From Marsupella aquatica (Eukaryota > Plantae > Marchantiophyta), in the NCBI GenBank assembly GCA_973895155.1, contig OZ316891.1:10603875-10667874 (forward strand): DNA of 64,000 nt, in the 5' to 3' direction. Of this stretch, positions 1 to 12,000 are shown one piece after another. A program made the position numbers and the translations under genes. The notes under the pieces were generated by a model. It was given only the letters and a program-made list of their open reading frames with translations, searched no databases and was not told the origin of the DNA. The number at the start of each line of letters is the position of its first letter. The first letter of the stretch is position 1.

Positions 1-375
1 TGAACACCGCGGCAGTGATGAACCATTTTGCTCCTCGTCTACGTGATTTTTGACGAGCTTTTGGCCCTCCTGTGCACTGGTTTTGGCTCGTCGCCGAGAA
101 GGACGGGAGAGCTTTGGATCCGTTGAGCGTCTCGAAGTGCCTTGATCAGCAGCGCTGTGAGTTATCAAGGGTGGAGGAGAGAGAGGGCTCGCCGGAATTC
201 ACGTTGTGAGTTTGTTCTGAGTTTGTTCGGTCGCGGAGAGGAAAAGCCTCTGGACATGTGAAGAGTTTCGGAGGGGTGCGTGGTGATTATCTCGGCGCTC
301 TGGGTTTGTTCGTGTCGGTGAAGTGGAGGGAGAGATTATTGAGAAGGAGAGAGGGAGCAAAGGTGGGAGGAAATA

Positions 376-3300
376 ATGAAGTGGGAGAGAGTGCAAGTGA
401 AGTATAGGGCGAGAGAGACACCGGAGAAGATACCCAAGGCGAGGAGAGGAGGGGCGCATGGGCCGGGAAGAAAATGGGGTCATACGTGCAATGCGGTGAA
501 GAAAGGGCGATTGCTTTACGTGTTTGGAGGCTATGGCCGGGACGACTGCCAAACCAATGATGTCCATGTCTTTGACACAAGTGAGTGCTACACTTGTACT
601 TAGTCCAGAGCCTTGTTGAAAAAGCTTCACAGCTCAGTCGACTGGAGAGGGTTTTGAGTAAAACCCTATGACTATTTTACGTCTGGTTTCCTCGGACGCT
701 CCCGGAAATGTCCACCTTTGTCACGATTTTTGTCTAAATTCTGCGGAGGTTGTTCCTTGTTGTGAACTGTTCGTTGGCCTCGACTGTTCTTTACTGGGCG
801 CTTGACTAGGAAATGAGTTCCGTTGAGCTCCCCCTACGTTCTCTAGTGCCAGATGTTTGTGGTCTTTACTGTTACTAGATTATCTGAAGCTTTCAGCCTG
901 TCATTTGAGAAACTCACGGGCCATTGAGCGACATTCCCTGCTTTACAATTAGGGTTAGGGTTTAACCAGATGGGGTTGGAGGACAGGTTCGCAATATTTG
1001 GCCCATGGAGAAGCCTGCATTGGGCTAATTTTTATTTTTGAAACGGTTCCCGATCTTCTCGTTCCGTTCAACAAAGTCGTAAACTTAATGGGGTTCGTGC
1101 TTGCGAAAAGTCAGTAAACTGACGGAAAATAATTTTCTTCTGTACAGAGTTCTGTTGTTGTTTGTGGGTCGTAGTTGCGTATTGGCTCATATGAGTGTCT
1201 CTGCATTTGCTTTCAGCCTTTTTAATATATATTTTAATAACTTCTTTAAAACGAAGAACTTCACCGTCCGTTACACTGCGTGTTCATGTTACGGCTTCCC
1301 GTGGCATGATTTCAGTCCCACATCAATTTATGCATGGTTTTGCATTTGTGTCTTTCCTTCGAGCTGGCAGGTGTCACTCCGAGAATGCTCTGGACGAAGT
1401 TTCCAAATCTGTGTATATATTCGTGACTTTACTGACTGTCTTCTCCTTTGTCGGGACTTTCGATGGGTAGTGTTGAGGGTGGTTAGTGTTTTACCTTCGG
1501 AGAGAAGAGGACACCACCAGTTTCCAAATGCGCTGCATTTACTTGAAGGGTTTTTGATTGCGACTGGAGGGAGTTTTGGACTGTAGGAATCTGAGGCTGT
1601 TTTCTCAGTGTGGATTGGCAGGATTATTCATTATTTATGACGTTTCTGTTTCTATTTATTCTTTGACTCAGCCAAGCAGATGTGGAGCAAGCCGATGGTT
1701 AAGGGTACTCCTCCCTCTCCCCGTGATAGTCATACGTGCACTACAGTGGGACACAGACTCTTTGTGTTCGGTGGAACTGATGGCAGCAGCCCTTTGAAGG
1801 ATCTCCACATACTTGATACAGGTTTGGGATTTTCTACAGTGGAAAAGTTGCATTCCTTCTCAGCTGCCTACTAGTAAGATGACTAATGATATGGGCGCTT
1901 CTTCCACGGAGCATGAATCTATGATGGTTTTATGACATTGGAGCCGAACCTTGAAGTTCAGGAGTCTTACATCGATTAAAGAGGCACATTTATCGTTGAC
2001 CTTATCTCATGGAGAAGAATTTATTGTGTTTGTGTTACTACGATTACCGGTACAGACTCAAATAGCTGGAGCTCACCAACAACAAGGGGAGAAGGGCCAG
2101 CTGCTCGTGAGGGACACAGTGCTGCTCTCATTGGTCACCGGTTATTTGTTTTCGGGGGTTGCGGGAGGTCCCCGGATGATATGGAAGAGGCCTACTTCAA
2201 CGATCTCTACGTTCTCGACACAAGTATGTTTGTGTTTCAATTCCCCCGTTATTTCACAAAACATTGTGATGTCATACCAGTTGTTCGCAGCACGCCGGAG
2301 ACAGAACGGTTGGTAGCAAGAGAAAAAGAAAATAGTCAGTAATTGGAAATTACATTTGCACTGATGAAAACACTTATCCAATCCGACGATTGAATTGTTT
2401 CTGTCCAGGCACATTAATCTGGATAAAAGCAGCCACCCGGGGGCCGGCCCCTGCTCCACGAGATAGCCACACCTGCTCATCTTTCAGAAATAAGTTCATT
2501 GTTTTGGGCGGTGAAGATTCATCCAATTCGTATTTGTCAGACATATACATTCTTGATGCAGGCATGTATGAGCGATTTCAACAGACTTTTGTTATTTAAC
2601 ACTAAGGTCCGATTGTTTCATTTGTGGTCATAAACGGTCTTGTCCGAAAGTCTTAAGGATTTTGAAATGATAGCTTTTCTGAAGCTCGTTTGAAATAGAT
2701 TTCAAGGGGCTTGAGCATTTTAAATAGAATTCAAGGTTTGAATTGACAAGCTGGTTTCAAGGGGCTTGGGCATTTTAAATAGAATTTAAGGTTTGAATTG
2801 ACAAGCTGGTTTCAAGGGGCTTGAGCATATTAAATCGAATTTAAGGTTTGCATTGACAAGCTGTAATGCTGGTAGACACATCTATCATGATTTCGATCAT
2901 AATCGGTCTTGTCCGACAGTGTAAGGTTTGTGAATGATAGCGTTTCTGAATCTCTTACGAAGTAGGTATTAAACGTCTCAGAAGCATGTGCTGAATTGTG
3001 GCATTCTGCTTCAGATACTTTGCAATGGAGTGAGTTGAGGACAACTGGACAAAAGTTAATACCCCGAGCTGGGCACACCACCGTAGCTCTTGGGAAGTAC
3101 CTTTTCGTCTTTGGAGGATTTACGGATGATCGAAAGCTGTTCGATGATTTACATGTCCTCAACGTCGGTATGTATCGGTTTTGCCGGCACCGGTTCGATT
3201 TGTTGTCTGTGTCTGGTTGGAGGCCGTCATGACTTACTTGATTGCAGACTCTTTGGATAAACTTAAGATTTCGATATACCTCACAGTTTTTTCACGTGGT

Positions 3301-6046
3301 ACCTCATGCATTTCATCGGCAGAAAATATTAGGTGTGAAAAAGCACGGTGGAATTGAGGTACAATTAAGGTACAGTTGCGCTTTGGAATTGAATTGAAAT
3401 GTTGTCTTGTTTCTTAGACAATGGTGTGTGGACGAAAGCAACAACCGTTGGGGAAGGACCATCACCTCGATTCTCCTTAGCCGGAGACTGTGCTGAACCT
3501 GACAAGGGGATTCTCATGTTCATTGGTGGATGTAATGAGAACCTAGAAGCTCTCGATGACATGTACTACCTGGACACAGGTACTGCGAAGCAATGATACG
3601 TTTAGATGACTCATGTGGTTACAGCATTTTTGGTTCTGAAAAGTTCAGTTAAGAGTTCCACCCGATTGTGACTCCATGGTACTATGAGTCTAGTATGCCT
3701 GGAAGTAAAAAATGCTGAGGGTTTTATGTTGTGTCCGTGCAGAGCTGAAGGCAGAAAAGACTGATGCTGAACAGAAGCCCGAAAAGACGTCGCTGAAGAA
3801 GGAGCTCAAGAGGAAGCAACAAGAGCTCTTGTTGACCCCAGAAAGAGCAAAAGATAATCCACCCGTTGCTTTGGACGACAATTTCAGATCATCCTTGAAC
3901 AACTCACCTCTTGGTACTAGCATGGGATAGCACGTTTTGACAAATAGATTTTCTGTTGAACTGTTCTAAGTCTTGTTCGGAAAAGGTTACGGTCATCAAC
4001 TAGCCTCCCTCGAAGTCTTTCATGTGGTCTTACTTAGGGTAATCACATCTCAACAAAACTTATTCGCTGTATATCTGATCTTTTTTATTTGCTTCTAGTT
4101 ACAGGTACAAACAAGTATTCGTTTTATGACTTCAAACCTGTCTTGGAGAAGAGTATTGAAGCCAAGGTGACGGATGTATTTCACTATGGCTACAGCGTGG
4201 AAGCCGCCATTGATGGGAAGATACTCCGTGGTCTATTGTTTACTTACAAGCCTGGATATGCGCATGCTGTTCAAGCCCATCTTATGAGGTCAGTCACTAT
4301 TTTTCCTTAGGATTCCTCCTGTTAAGTAGTTCGTAACCTGAATGGGAAGGACGAGGACAAATGCGATGCAAGGTGTACTTCAAATTCCTGGAGACAATGA
4401 AGCTGGAGCAAATGTATGCAGCTTTGGGAAAGGAGCATTTAGTAAATTCGTTCCGAACTTGCGGTTCCCAGGAAGAGGAAAATAGAAGAGGACGCCGTTA
4501 CAAAGATAAAGGAGGCACGAAGAGCAGAAAGGAGGGTGGCACGTCAGGCGAAGGCATTGTTGAAACAAGCAGGGGAAGGACAGCCCGCGGTCGGTGTTAC
4601 TCCAAATGTCGGGACTGCTGCTACACAACCACTTGCTACCGCAGTTGCCACCCAGGTAAATTGCATCGTCAAACTCCTCCAAGGACCGTTCAATAAATCG
4701 TTCCAACATGGGGTGAAAGTTATGCTGGTGCCTGAAAGTGAAAGTAGGGCGAAATGCGATACGTCTCTCGCTGTATGTCCTGTCTGTACATTTGAGAAGA
4801 GGCCAGATGGAATAGGATGGATGCCCACCATGTTCGCATATTCTAGTTGTTGGATTAGCTTGTCATTTGTATGATTTGTGCAGTGTTGTAGAATTTACTC
4901 GTTTGTTCGAATCCAAGCTTTGTCGTTTGAGAATGTGTGTGATTTAACCTTGTCAATTCGCTGAGATTGAGATCTCCCGCTAGCCCAGTTCAGAGGCTCT
5001 AAGCGCGAATTATCTTTAGATATTCTATCCGTGGTATGGTACTTTTTGGGAAATTATTGGATCCAAGGTAGATGGTTTGTTTTTGTCTCTTCAAACACAA
5101 GGCTCCTGTCGGAATCTGTCTTGAATACGGACGGACGACTGCAATACGCAGAAGTTGAATATTGCAGGGCAATCACATGTTCTTTGTTGTTTCATTTCAA
5201 TGTGTGCAGCAAGCGGTGACACCAGTAGCATCCATTGTAACATTGCCATCACCTACGCCTGCAGCAGCTCCAGTTGCCACACTGCCTGCGGTAGCTGTCG
5301 TACAAGGGACCGTGGATTCGTCGTCTCAAACAGCACTACCCGCTCAAGGTCTGTTCTACGTTGATATTCACCGGTAGTCGACATCCGAGCTCTTGCATTT
5401 TTTGGTGCGGTTTGGGTTTGATAGTCTGAGTGTTTGTGTGTTTGTCCTATTCTGGTTACATGAGAAACGTCCTGAATCTAATATTTGTATGGAGTGACCT
5501 CTCAGGTACTGTCTGAGTTTGTGGAAGAGATTATCGAGGCTGTGCAACACAAGGTCTGCACAGGTTCGCAATTCTGGAAGCGATCAGGAGTGGTCGGTGC
5601 ATGTACATTGGGAGAATGCTATAGGTTTAGAGATGATCACTCAAGCCACCAAAGAAAATGTTGGTCGGACACCTAGGCTACTCAATGTGGGGGTCCTGTA
5701 TACGCCATTTGTAAAGTGTAGGATAGAGGACCCATTGATTCTGTTGTGTTGTAATAGATCCGTTGTTTGATTGGTGGCCACATTTGACCAGTCTGAAGTA
5801 AGTCTGACTTGGGTGTGAACTGGGTCTTCATATGACCTGCACCCGGAATTTTGTATTATAGGAACAATGAAACTTGTTTGGTTCGTGTTGTACAGCAATG
5901 TCCAGCAGTACATGAGTACGATTTGATGGTCACGTTGCTGGTGGTCATTGCAACACTTTTTAAGATGGATTGTTCAAGTTTCGCGAGCAGGTTAGGTCAT
6001 TTAAAAAAAATCAACATTCTGTGCAGGTCAGGTGGGTTCTCTATGA
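376..6046 (+). CDS. Kelch-repeat beta-propeller protein, about 11 exons (approx. 376-580, 1672-1821, 2056-2223, 2409-2561, 3015-3167, 3418-3579, 3743-3913, 4105-4288, 4472-4655, 5210-5348, 6027-6046)
   Basis: Six exons each encode one Kelch blade (RWGHT/RDSHT/REGHS/RAGHT...LFVFGG...DLHILD), joined by phase-1 introns that keep frame. The C-terminal EAKVTDVFHYGYSVEAAIDGKILRGLLF motif is typical of plant At1g18610/At1g74150-like Kelch proteins. The last exon is uncertain (alternative stop at 5377). Confidence 0.88.
2630..2966. repeat. Intronic nested repeat: about 3 x 55-bp tandem unit flanked by two diverged ~68-bp direct repeats
   Basis: ttcaaggggcttgagcattttaaatagaattcaaggtttgaattgacaagctggt recurs at ~2702, ~2757 and ~2812; cggtcttgtccga...tgatagc.tttctgaa recurs at ~2635 and ~2904. 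Confidence 0.85.
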
Positions 6047-6309
6047 GGAGAAGTCAGAAAACATCCCCTTCAGAAAAAAATCCTCATATATTATAGACAA
6101 GTTCACACAAGATCCTCCAGACCTGTTTAGTAGTGCTGTTTAGAGAATGCTTTTGCGTTGAAGCCAGGAAGCTCAACGATCGTCCCCTGGCGAATTATTT
6201 GCACCAGTGCGATGACGAATGATAGCTCTATCTCGCCAAATTAGCTGTGGCACACAACGGCCATTGCCAGCACCTCCACTGGAAGACTTCATGGTCAGCA
6301 GCAGGGTCT

Positions 6310-6581
6310 CCAAAGTGCTCAGAGAACCTTGAGCCGCCCCATCGAGAAGAATAAATTTCCTCCAAAAATCCAAAGTGCTCAGAGAACCTGAGGTAAGAGC
6401 CGACCTTGAGCCGCCTCATTGAGAAGAATAAATTACCTCCAAAAATAATGATCTGGCCTGGAAAGATAATTTTGAATTCCATCCAAAAGACAGTATTCAA
6501 CAGGGTGGCCCAAAGGGCAGCACCCGCTTAGGTGGTAATTGGATTCCAAAGGGCAGCACCCGCTTAGGTGGTAATTGGATT
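6310..6581. repeat. Two adjacent tandem duplications (~60-bp and 36-bp units)
   Basis: ccaaagtgctcagagaacct...gagaagaataaatt.cctccaaaaat x2; ccaaagggcagcacccgcttaggtggtaattggatt x2 (exact). Confidence 0.85.
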
Positions 6582-7010
6582 CTTGATCTACTGTACTGGG
6601 GCTTGTTTTATTAGGAGTGGCTTATCTGAATGAAACAATAAAACTACCAGCCGTTTGCTGTTCATATAAATTGGACCCCCCAAAAAGCCCATAACTTATG
6701 TCTGGCAGCCGTATTTAGAAAATTGTCCAGAATTGTATTGAAACAGTGTTATATATCATAGTATCAACAGTTTATTGTTCAATTTAATGTGACCACATAG
6801 ACTTGAACACAAGGCGTTGTACTTGGATTAGTAGCCATTCATTTGTAACTATTTTTCACATCAATCTATTTAAGAGTTGTTATTATCACATTTAATTATC
6901 CTCTAATAATACAATAAATCTTACTAGTGCTTCACAATGGAAATCTACTTTCTAGGCCTATGTTCTAGAGTAAAGCCTCTAAACCTTGACTCTAACTCAG
7001 GGCACAATTG

Positions 7011-7188
7011 AAAGTGGGGGTGCAAACAAAAAGCAAAGAGGGGGAAAGATGAATTGGAAACAACCACTCTGACTAAGTGGATAACTAAAAGTGAGGGTGC
7101 AAACAAAAAGCAAAGAGGGGGAAAGATGAATTGAAAACAACCACTCTGACTAAGTGGATAACTAAAAGTGAGGGTGCAGACAAAAAAC
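7011..7188. repeat. ~76-bp tandem repeat, about 2.3 copies
   Basis: aaagtgagggtgcaaacaaaaagcaaagagggggaaagatgaattg.aaacaaccactctgactaagtggataacta is repeated. Confidence 0.9.
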
Positions 7189-7289
7189 ATAGAAGGGCAA
7201 AGGTGAAAAAAAAAAACTAATGGAATCTTTGTTTGTAAAGTACTTGTTTATCATCATAATTATTTCCATTCAAGGAGAAGATAATGAGG

Positions 7290-7550
7290 TTAGTACAATA
7301 CAAGACAAGACAAAATAAGACATTACAAAGGGTGTCTCAAACCTCTGAGTTTTGCCTCTTGTCACAGTCAAGGTTGGTCATGGTCAAGGCTGTTTTCCCA
7401 GAACTAAGAAGACAGACACAATTTGTTTTGTCCACACACTTGGGACCACAAGACAAAACTGGTACTTTCCAGCCAAGGATCTTTTGCAGACCTAAAGGTT
7501 TGAGACTCCCTAATTGTGCTCACTTCTCATGCGTCTTAAACATACTCTCT
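7290..7550. mobile_element. Degenerate MITE-like foldback upstream of HDA9
   Basis: agggtgtctcaaacct (~7329) is inverted relative to aggtttgagactccct (~7496); inner agttttgcctcttgtc is inverted relative to gaccacaagacaaaact. Termini and TSD are not resolved. Confidence 0.45.
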
Positions 7551-9005
7551 CTTGTTTTTTTCTTCGGTCAGTCCTTCTAAGAAATCTACACCCATAACCT
7601 AGACCAAAGCCCAACTTTTGGGCCAACTTAATTCACAGGGTTTCAGGTTTGAGATGAGTTTTCAACAAGCTCCCACGGGTCAGCCGCGTGCCGACAATTT
7701 TAGAATGGTCGCTTACAATTCGCAAAGGGCTCCGACACATATTGCGCAAATAAATTTTTGGAGCAGATGGCGGGGCTGCCCGCCGAGTTACTGGCAGTCA
7801 CCTTTTGTGGGAAACAGATATTTTTGGTCGAACCCCAACCCACACCATTTTGGTCACAGGTAACCTCCCCCTCCGGGAATGCGTTGCTTTGAGATGCCCT
7901 ACTGTAGTTGGAACGTGAGTTACGTCTACGGTTGCCCCACAGGCACGGGATCCCGGGAGATCGCGCGTTCGAATCCCAGCAAGTGCTGCGGCCAGCTTGT
8001 CCCGGCGGCCCCTCCCAATTCGGAGTCCAGCGCGTTCGTTTTATCGAGAAGAAATCGAAAGGAGTAGTGACATATGACACAATTGGATTTTGGTTTTTTT
8101 GTTCTCGAGTTGGGCAGACAAGAATGATGTCGACATTGTTGGCCTCATTCTTTCTCGAATAGGAAATCCATCTCCCGGATTCTCGGCTCGGAAGCTGCTG
8201 TGTCAATCAATCTATGGCGAACTTCAGAAATTGGAGGCGGAAGTCGTCCAACAACTGAGAACAGACGAACTTCCGTCAGCTTGCTGTTCTTCGACATTTC
8301 GTCGTGCGGCAGTCGTTGATTTTAATTATCATTTACGCTATCAGAATGCGAGCTGCTGCCCCTGCCAACTTCTGCACAGACGCTTTTTCTCTCGGGTACA
8401 AGTTTGGAGTGGTTGCTTTTGGTCCCCGTCCCCCCTTTTCCCTCTCACAAGTCTCTCTGTGCTTTTCTTTTCTTTCTCTTTGGGGATCCCTGGACTGAAT
8501 CATTTGTTCATATATCTTTGCATTCATTCCTACATTCACCTTTACTTTATTTACGCCTCTCTCTTTGTGTCTCTCCGGTTATGGCTCCGTTTCGGTACTC
8601 ATTCTTGCTCCGCACGAGCTATCGACTCAGTCTACTTAGGGTTTATTTTGGACGAAGTTTTGTGCACTTCGTCTGGCTTGGATTGCATTCGCTGTTTGCG
8701 ATTTTATGTGACTTAATAGGACAAAAGGCGGGATGGCTAGTTTAATTGGTTGGTTTTTCTTTGCGACGAGGGAGCTCTCAAGCGCAATTCAGATCTCTGT
8801 TCGGACAAGCTCGCTGACCTCCTGTGGCTGGAAAATCAGAACTGCGATTGCCATGTCCTCCAGGAGCTCGGGACTTGATGAGAGTTTTTGAATTTATTCC
8901 GTGGCCTTAACGACCTTCCGCGGGGAGCTGAAAGGTGGGCAAAAAGATAAGGCCGCTGAGTCATCTATCCATCTCCCGAGGAATCGAGCTCATTGCTGCT
9001 TGACA

Positions 9006-12000
9006 ATGCCGTCGAAAGATCGTGTTTCGTACTTCTACGATGGTACGCAATTTCTTTTCACCTCTGCGAGAATTCTCTGTAATTCTATTGGTTCGCTCTG
9101 AGACCTTTTCACGCCTGTGAGTTCTATGAGACTTTGTGGTTCGTACTCAACTGCCACTGGATTTGTACGGTATATAGGTCTGTTGAGAGTCTTGACAAAT
9201 ACCCGTCCCTTACTGCTTTATCTTCCTCCAGTGGTCCTTCCTCGTCTAATTCACCCTCAGATTCGTGTTTCTCCAGCTAGTACTTCGTGAAGCGTATGGT
9301 TTCTCAATGCAATCGCAAATATTATGGTCGTCGGTAATCCTCAACGCTGAGCAGACCTTACTTGAGCACTGTGGACTAGTACTTCTATTGGTCTTCAATG
9401 AGCTTCTCATCAGACTCATGTCTATTCGTGCAGGGGATGTGGGTAGTGTGTACTATGGACCAAACCACCCGATGAAGCCCCATCGTCTGTGCATGACGCA
9501 CAGCTTGGTCCTTGCATATGGACTCCATGATAAGATGGAGATATATGTACGTTCCTTTTATCGCTGAATTGTCTAATGATTGTGGGGCTGTGAATTACCG
9601 TGCTGTCTCATTAGCTTTGTATTAATGCACTTTAAACACCAATTGATAATGAAGTATTATGTTCGGAGTTGTCTTCTATTCTGTATAGAGAAGCAAATGC
9701 CCTTCTATAAACTTTATGCCAGCTGTCTACAAATTGTTTATTCAAAACTTTATCGAGTCCATGTCACGGGCAGAAGCAGCTATGTTGTACGGCAAGAGAG
9801 AGTTAAAAGCAACCTAGACTGACATCTCTTAAAAACTATCGACAGAGACCTCACAAAGCGTATCCGCTAGAACTTGCACAATTTCATTCGGAGGACTACA
9901 TTGAGTTTTTGCACAGAATTACTCCTGAAATGCAAGACCAGTACAAGAACGAATTGCAAAGATGTAAGTATTTTCCTTCAGCTAACCTAAGCGAGCTTAT
10001 TCGGACCCTTTAACATTAATGCGATACCGCGGTCTTCTTTCTTTTCCAACTAGCCCTCCTGTCTAATGGGAGTTATTAGAATACTGGGATTGACTACGGA
10101 TAATCATTGACCTAAGTTCGCCTAATTCAATGCTTGCAGCTCGCTCTCTTCGAAATTGATTCCAGAAAATTCCCACCTCACACTTGTAATTATATGGCTC
10201 CCACAGTCTTCGTGGTACACCTATTGTGATATTTTTTAGATGATTCTCATCGGTTCTTCCCCTTTTGCGGAGGCCCTCTGTTGGTGATGCTCAATGGAGC
10301 TCTGTTTTTATACCCAGAACCTTCCCTTGCTTGCAAAAGGAAACCTCCTTAGCTTGTCCAGGCAATGCTTCGTTCTGGTCTAAACTTTGTAGTAAAACCT
10401 TCAAGGCAGAGTGCACATACCCCACCTACTATGCCACATCGTGGTGGGCATGGGGGTGTTAGTTACGTATGCTAGATGTCTTTGTCCAGAGCTCCTGCGA
10501 CTTGAAAATAAGTATTTTCTTCTCCGTAGGGGTGATGACGAATGTTATCTGGAAACCCTAAGCCTCATATGAATACACTGAAAGCCCCATCTTCACTGCG
10601 AAGCTACGAGTAGATAGCTCGTTAAGTAGCTGTTGTTTCTGATGGGGAGGACAGGTAAGTGTGCAGGTATCAATGGATCTATACTGTGATAAGAGGAGAG
10701 CAGAGGAGATGGTAGAATGATACTTCCAGCTTCAGCTTCAGGTGTCCAATTGGTTCATCTATTTCTCTTTCTGTACTGGACATAATTGGATAATCCAGCT
10801 AAACATGTAGTCATTTTAGCTTCAGACACAGGAATCACTACTTTGCTAAAGGGAACAGTTTTGTTGTGTTTCAAGGCTGTAGCTAGCTGGGTGTCCGTCT
10901 TGGCCATAATTCATGTGGCCGTCTAAAACACTGCTCTGTGTGATGGACCGAACCAGGAACTGGATAGAAACCCTACCAGTGTAAGTGCAACTTATTTGTC
11001 CATTAGTAGGTGAATTAGATCTAAAGAATTGTAACTGTTCATACCCCGTGAGTGAACTCGGGTCTGAATGAGACTGAAGCCCATGTAGGTGACATCTTTC
11101 AAAGACTTGACTGACTGGCACCTCCACGCATTGACAGTCTGTCGCAAAACTTGGAATTTCCTTGGCAGCTCCATTTACTGAATCTATTGCGTTCTTGCTT
11201 AGAAGGCTTTATCCCGATTGTAAATACCAAATGAGGAAATTTTCCTCCTTAACCTTTGATGCTTTTTTACTACTAGTATCTGAGTCGTCGTTTACGTGTC
11301 TTAGTTGTGATAAGTCAAGCTTCTTTACTGCCTTTTTTGTGAACTTTACTGCGTGTATGGTGGCAAGGGTCGGGCACCGAGTTAGCAATGAGTAAATATT
11401 TGTGAACTTTTTTGCATTGATAAAAACGTCCTGCTGACTGTCTCGATAGGACAGACTCACTATTGTTAGCTTGTCTACCAGTCAGGGAAAGTTGTATTCT
11501 TACAAGCAATTATTTCATTAGAAAACGTTCTGATCGCCGCGTTTGTGCCTCTTGAAATCAGATAACATGGGGGAGGACTGTCCAGTTTTCGACAACTTGT
11601 TTGAGTTTTGTCAGATTTACGCTGGTGGCACCATTGGTATTTCTCTGTTTCCTTTAGCCCCTGACAGTCCTCTGGTTGCCACAAAGTCTTGTCAATGAGG
11701 TTACCAGCAGTTTTAAAATATCTGATTACATGATGATTATCTGAAATCCGTCATATTATCCAAGGAGTACCAAATGACTCTCTCATTCCCATCGCTTCTC
11801 TGGAAGTCTCTCATAACAAATCCAGTCTGGATTCTCAATTTAGACCCTGACTTTAGCTTTGCCAGTTGCAGCTTCCCTGTACAAGTTTTTCCTCCTCCCT
11901 GATGAAGATTGTACTTACATGTCGCAGATGCTGCCCATCGATTGAACAACGGCTTGTGTGACATAGCCATAAATTGGGCTGGTGGTCTGCATCATGCCAA

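Noticed and set aside
7618-8745. Overlapping 60-208 aa ORFs upstream of HDA9
   Set aside because: No recognisable domain; the region looks like promoter, 5' UTR and a pyrimidine-rich leader intron.
10528-10645. Box C (GTGATGA) and box D (CTGA) motifs suggesting an intronic snoRNA
   Set aside because: The C-to-D spacing is short, or the terminal stem is weak for the longer version, and I recognise no rRNA guide. The poison-exon reading explains the segment better.
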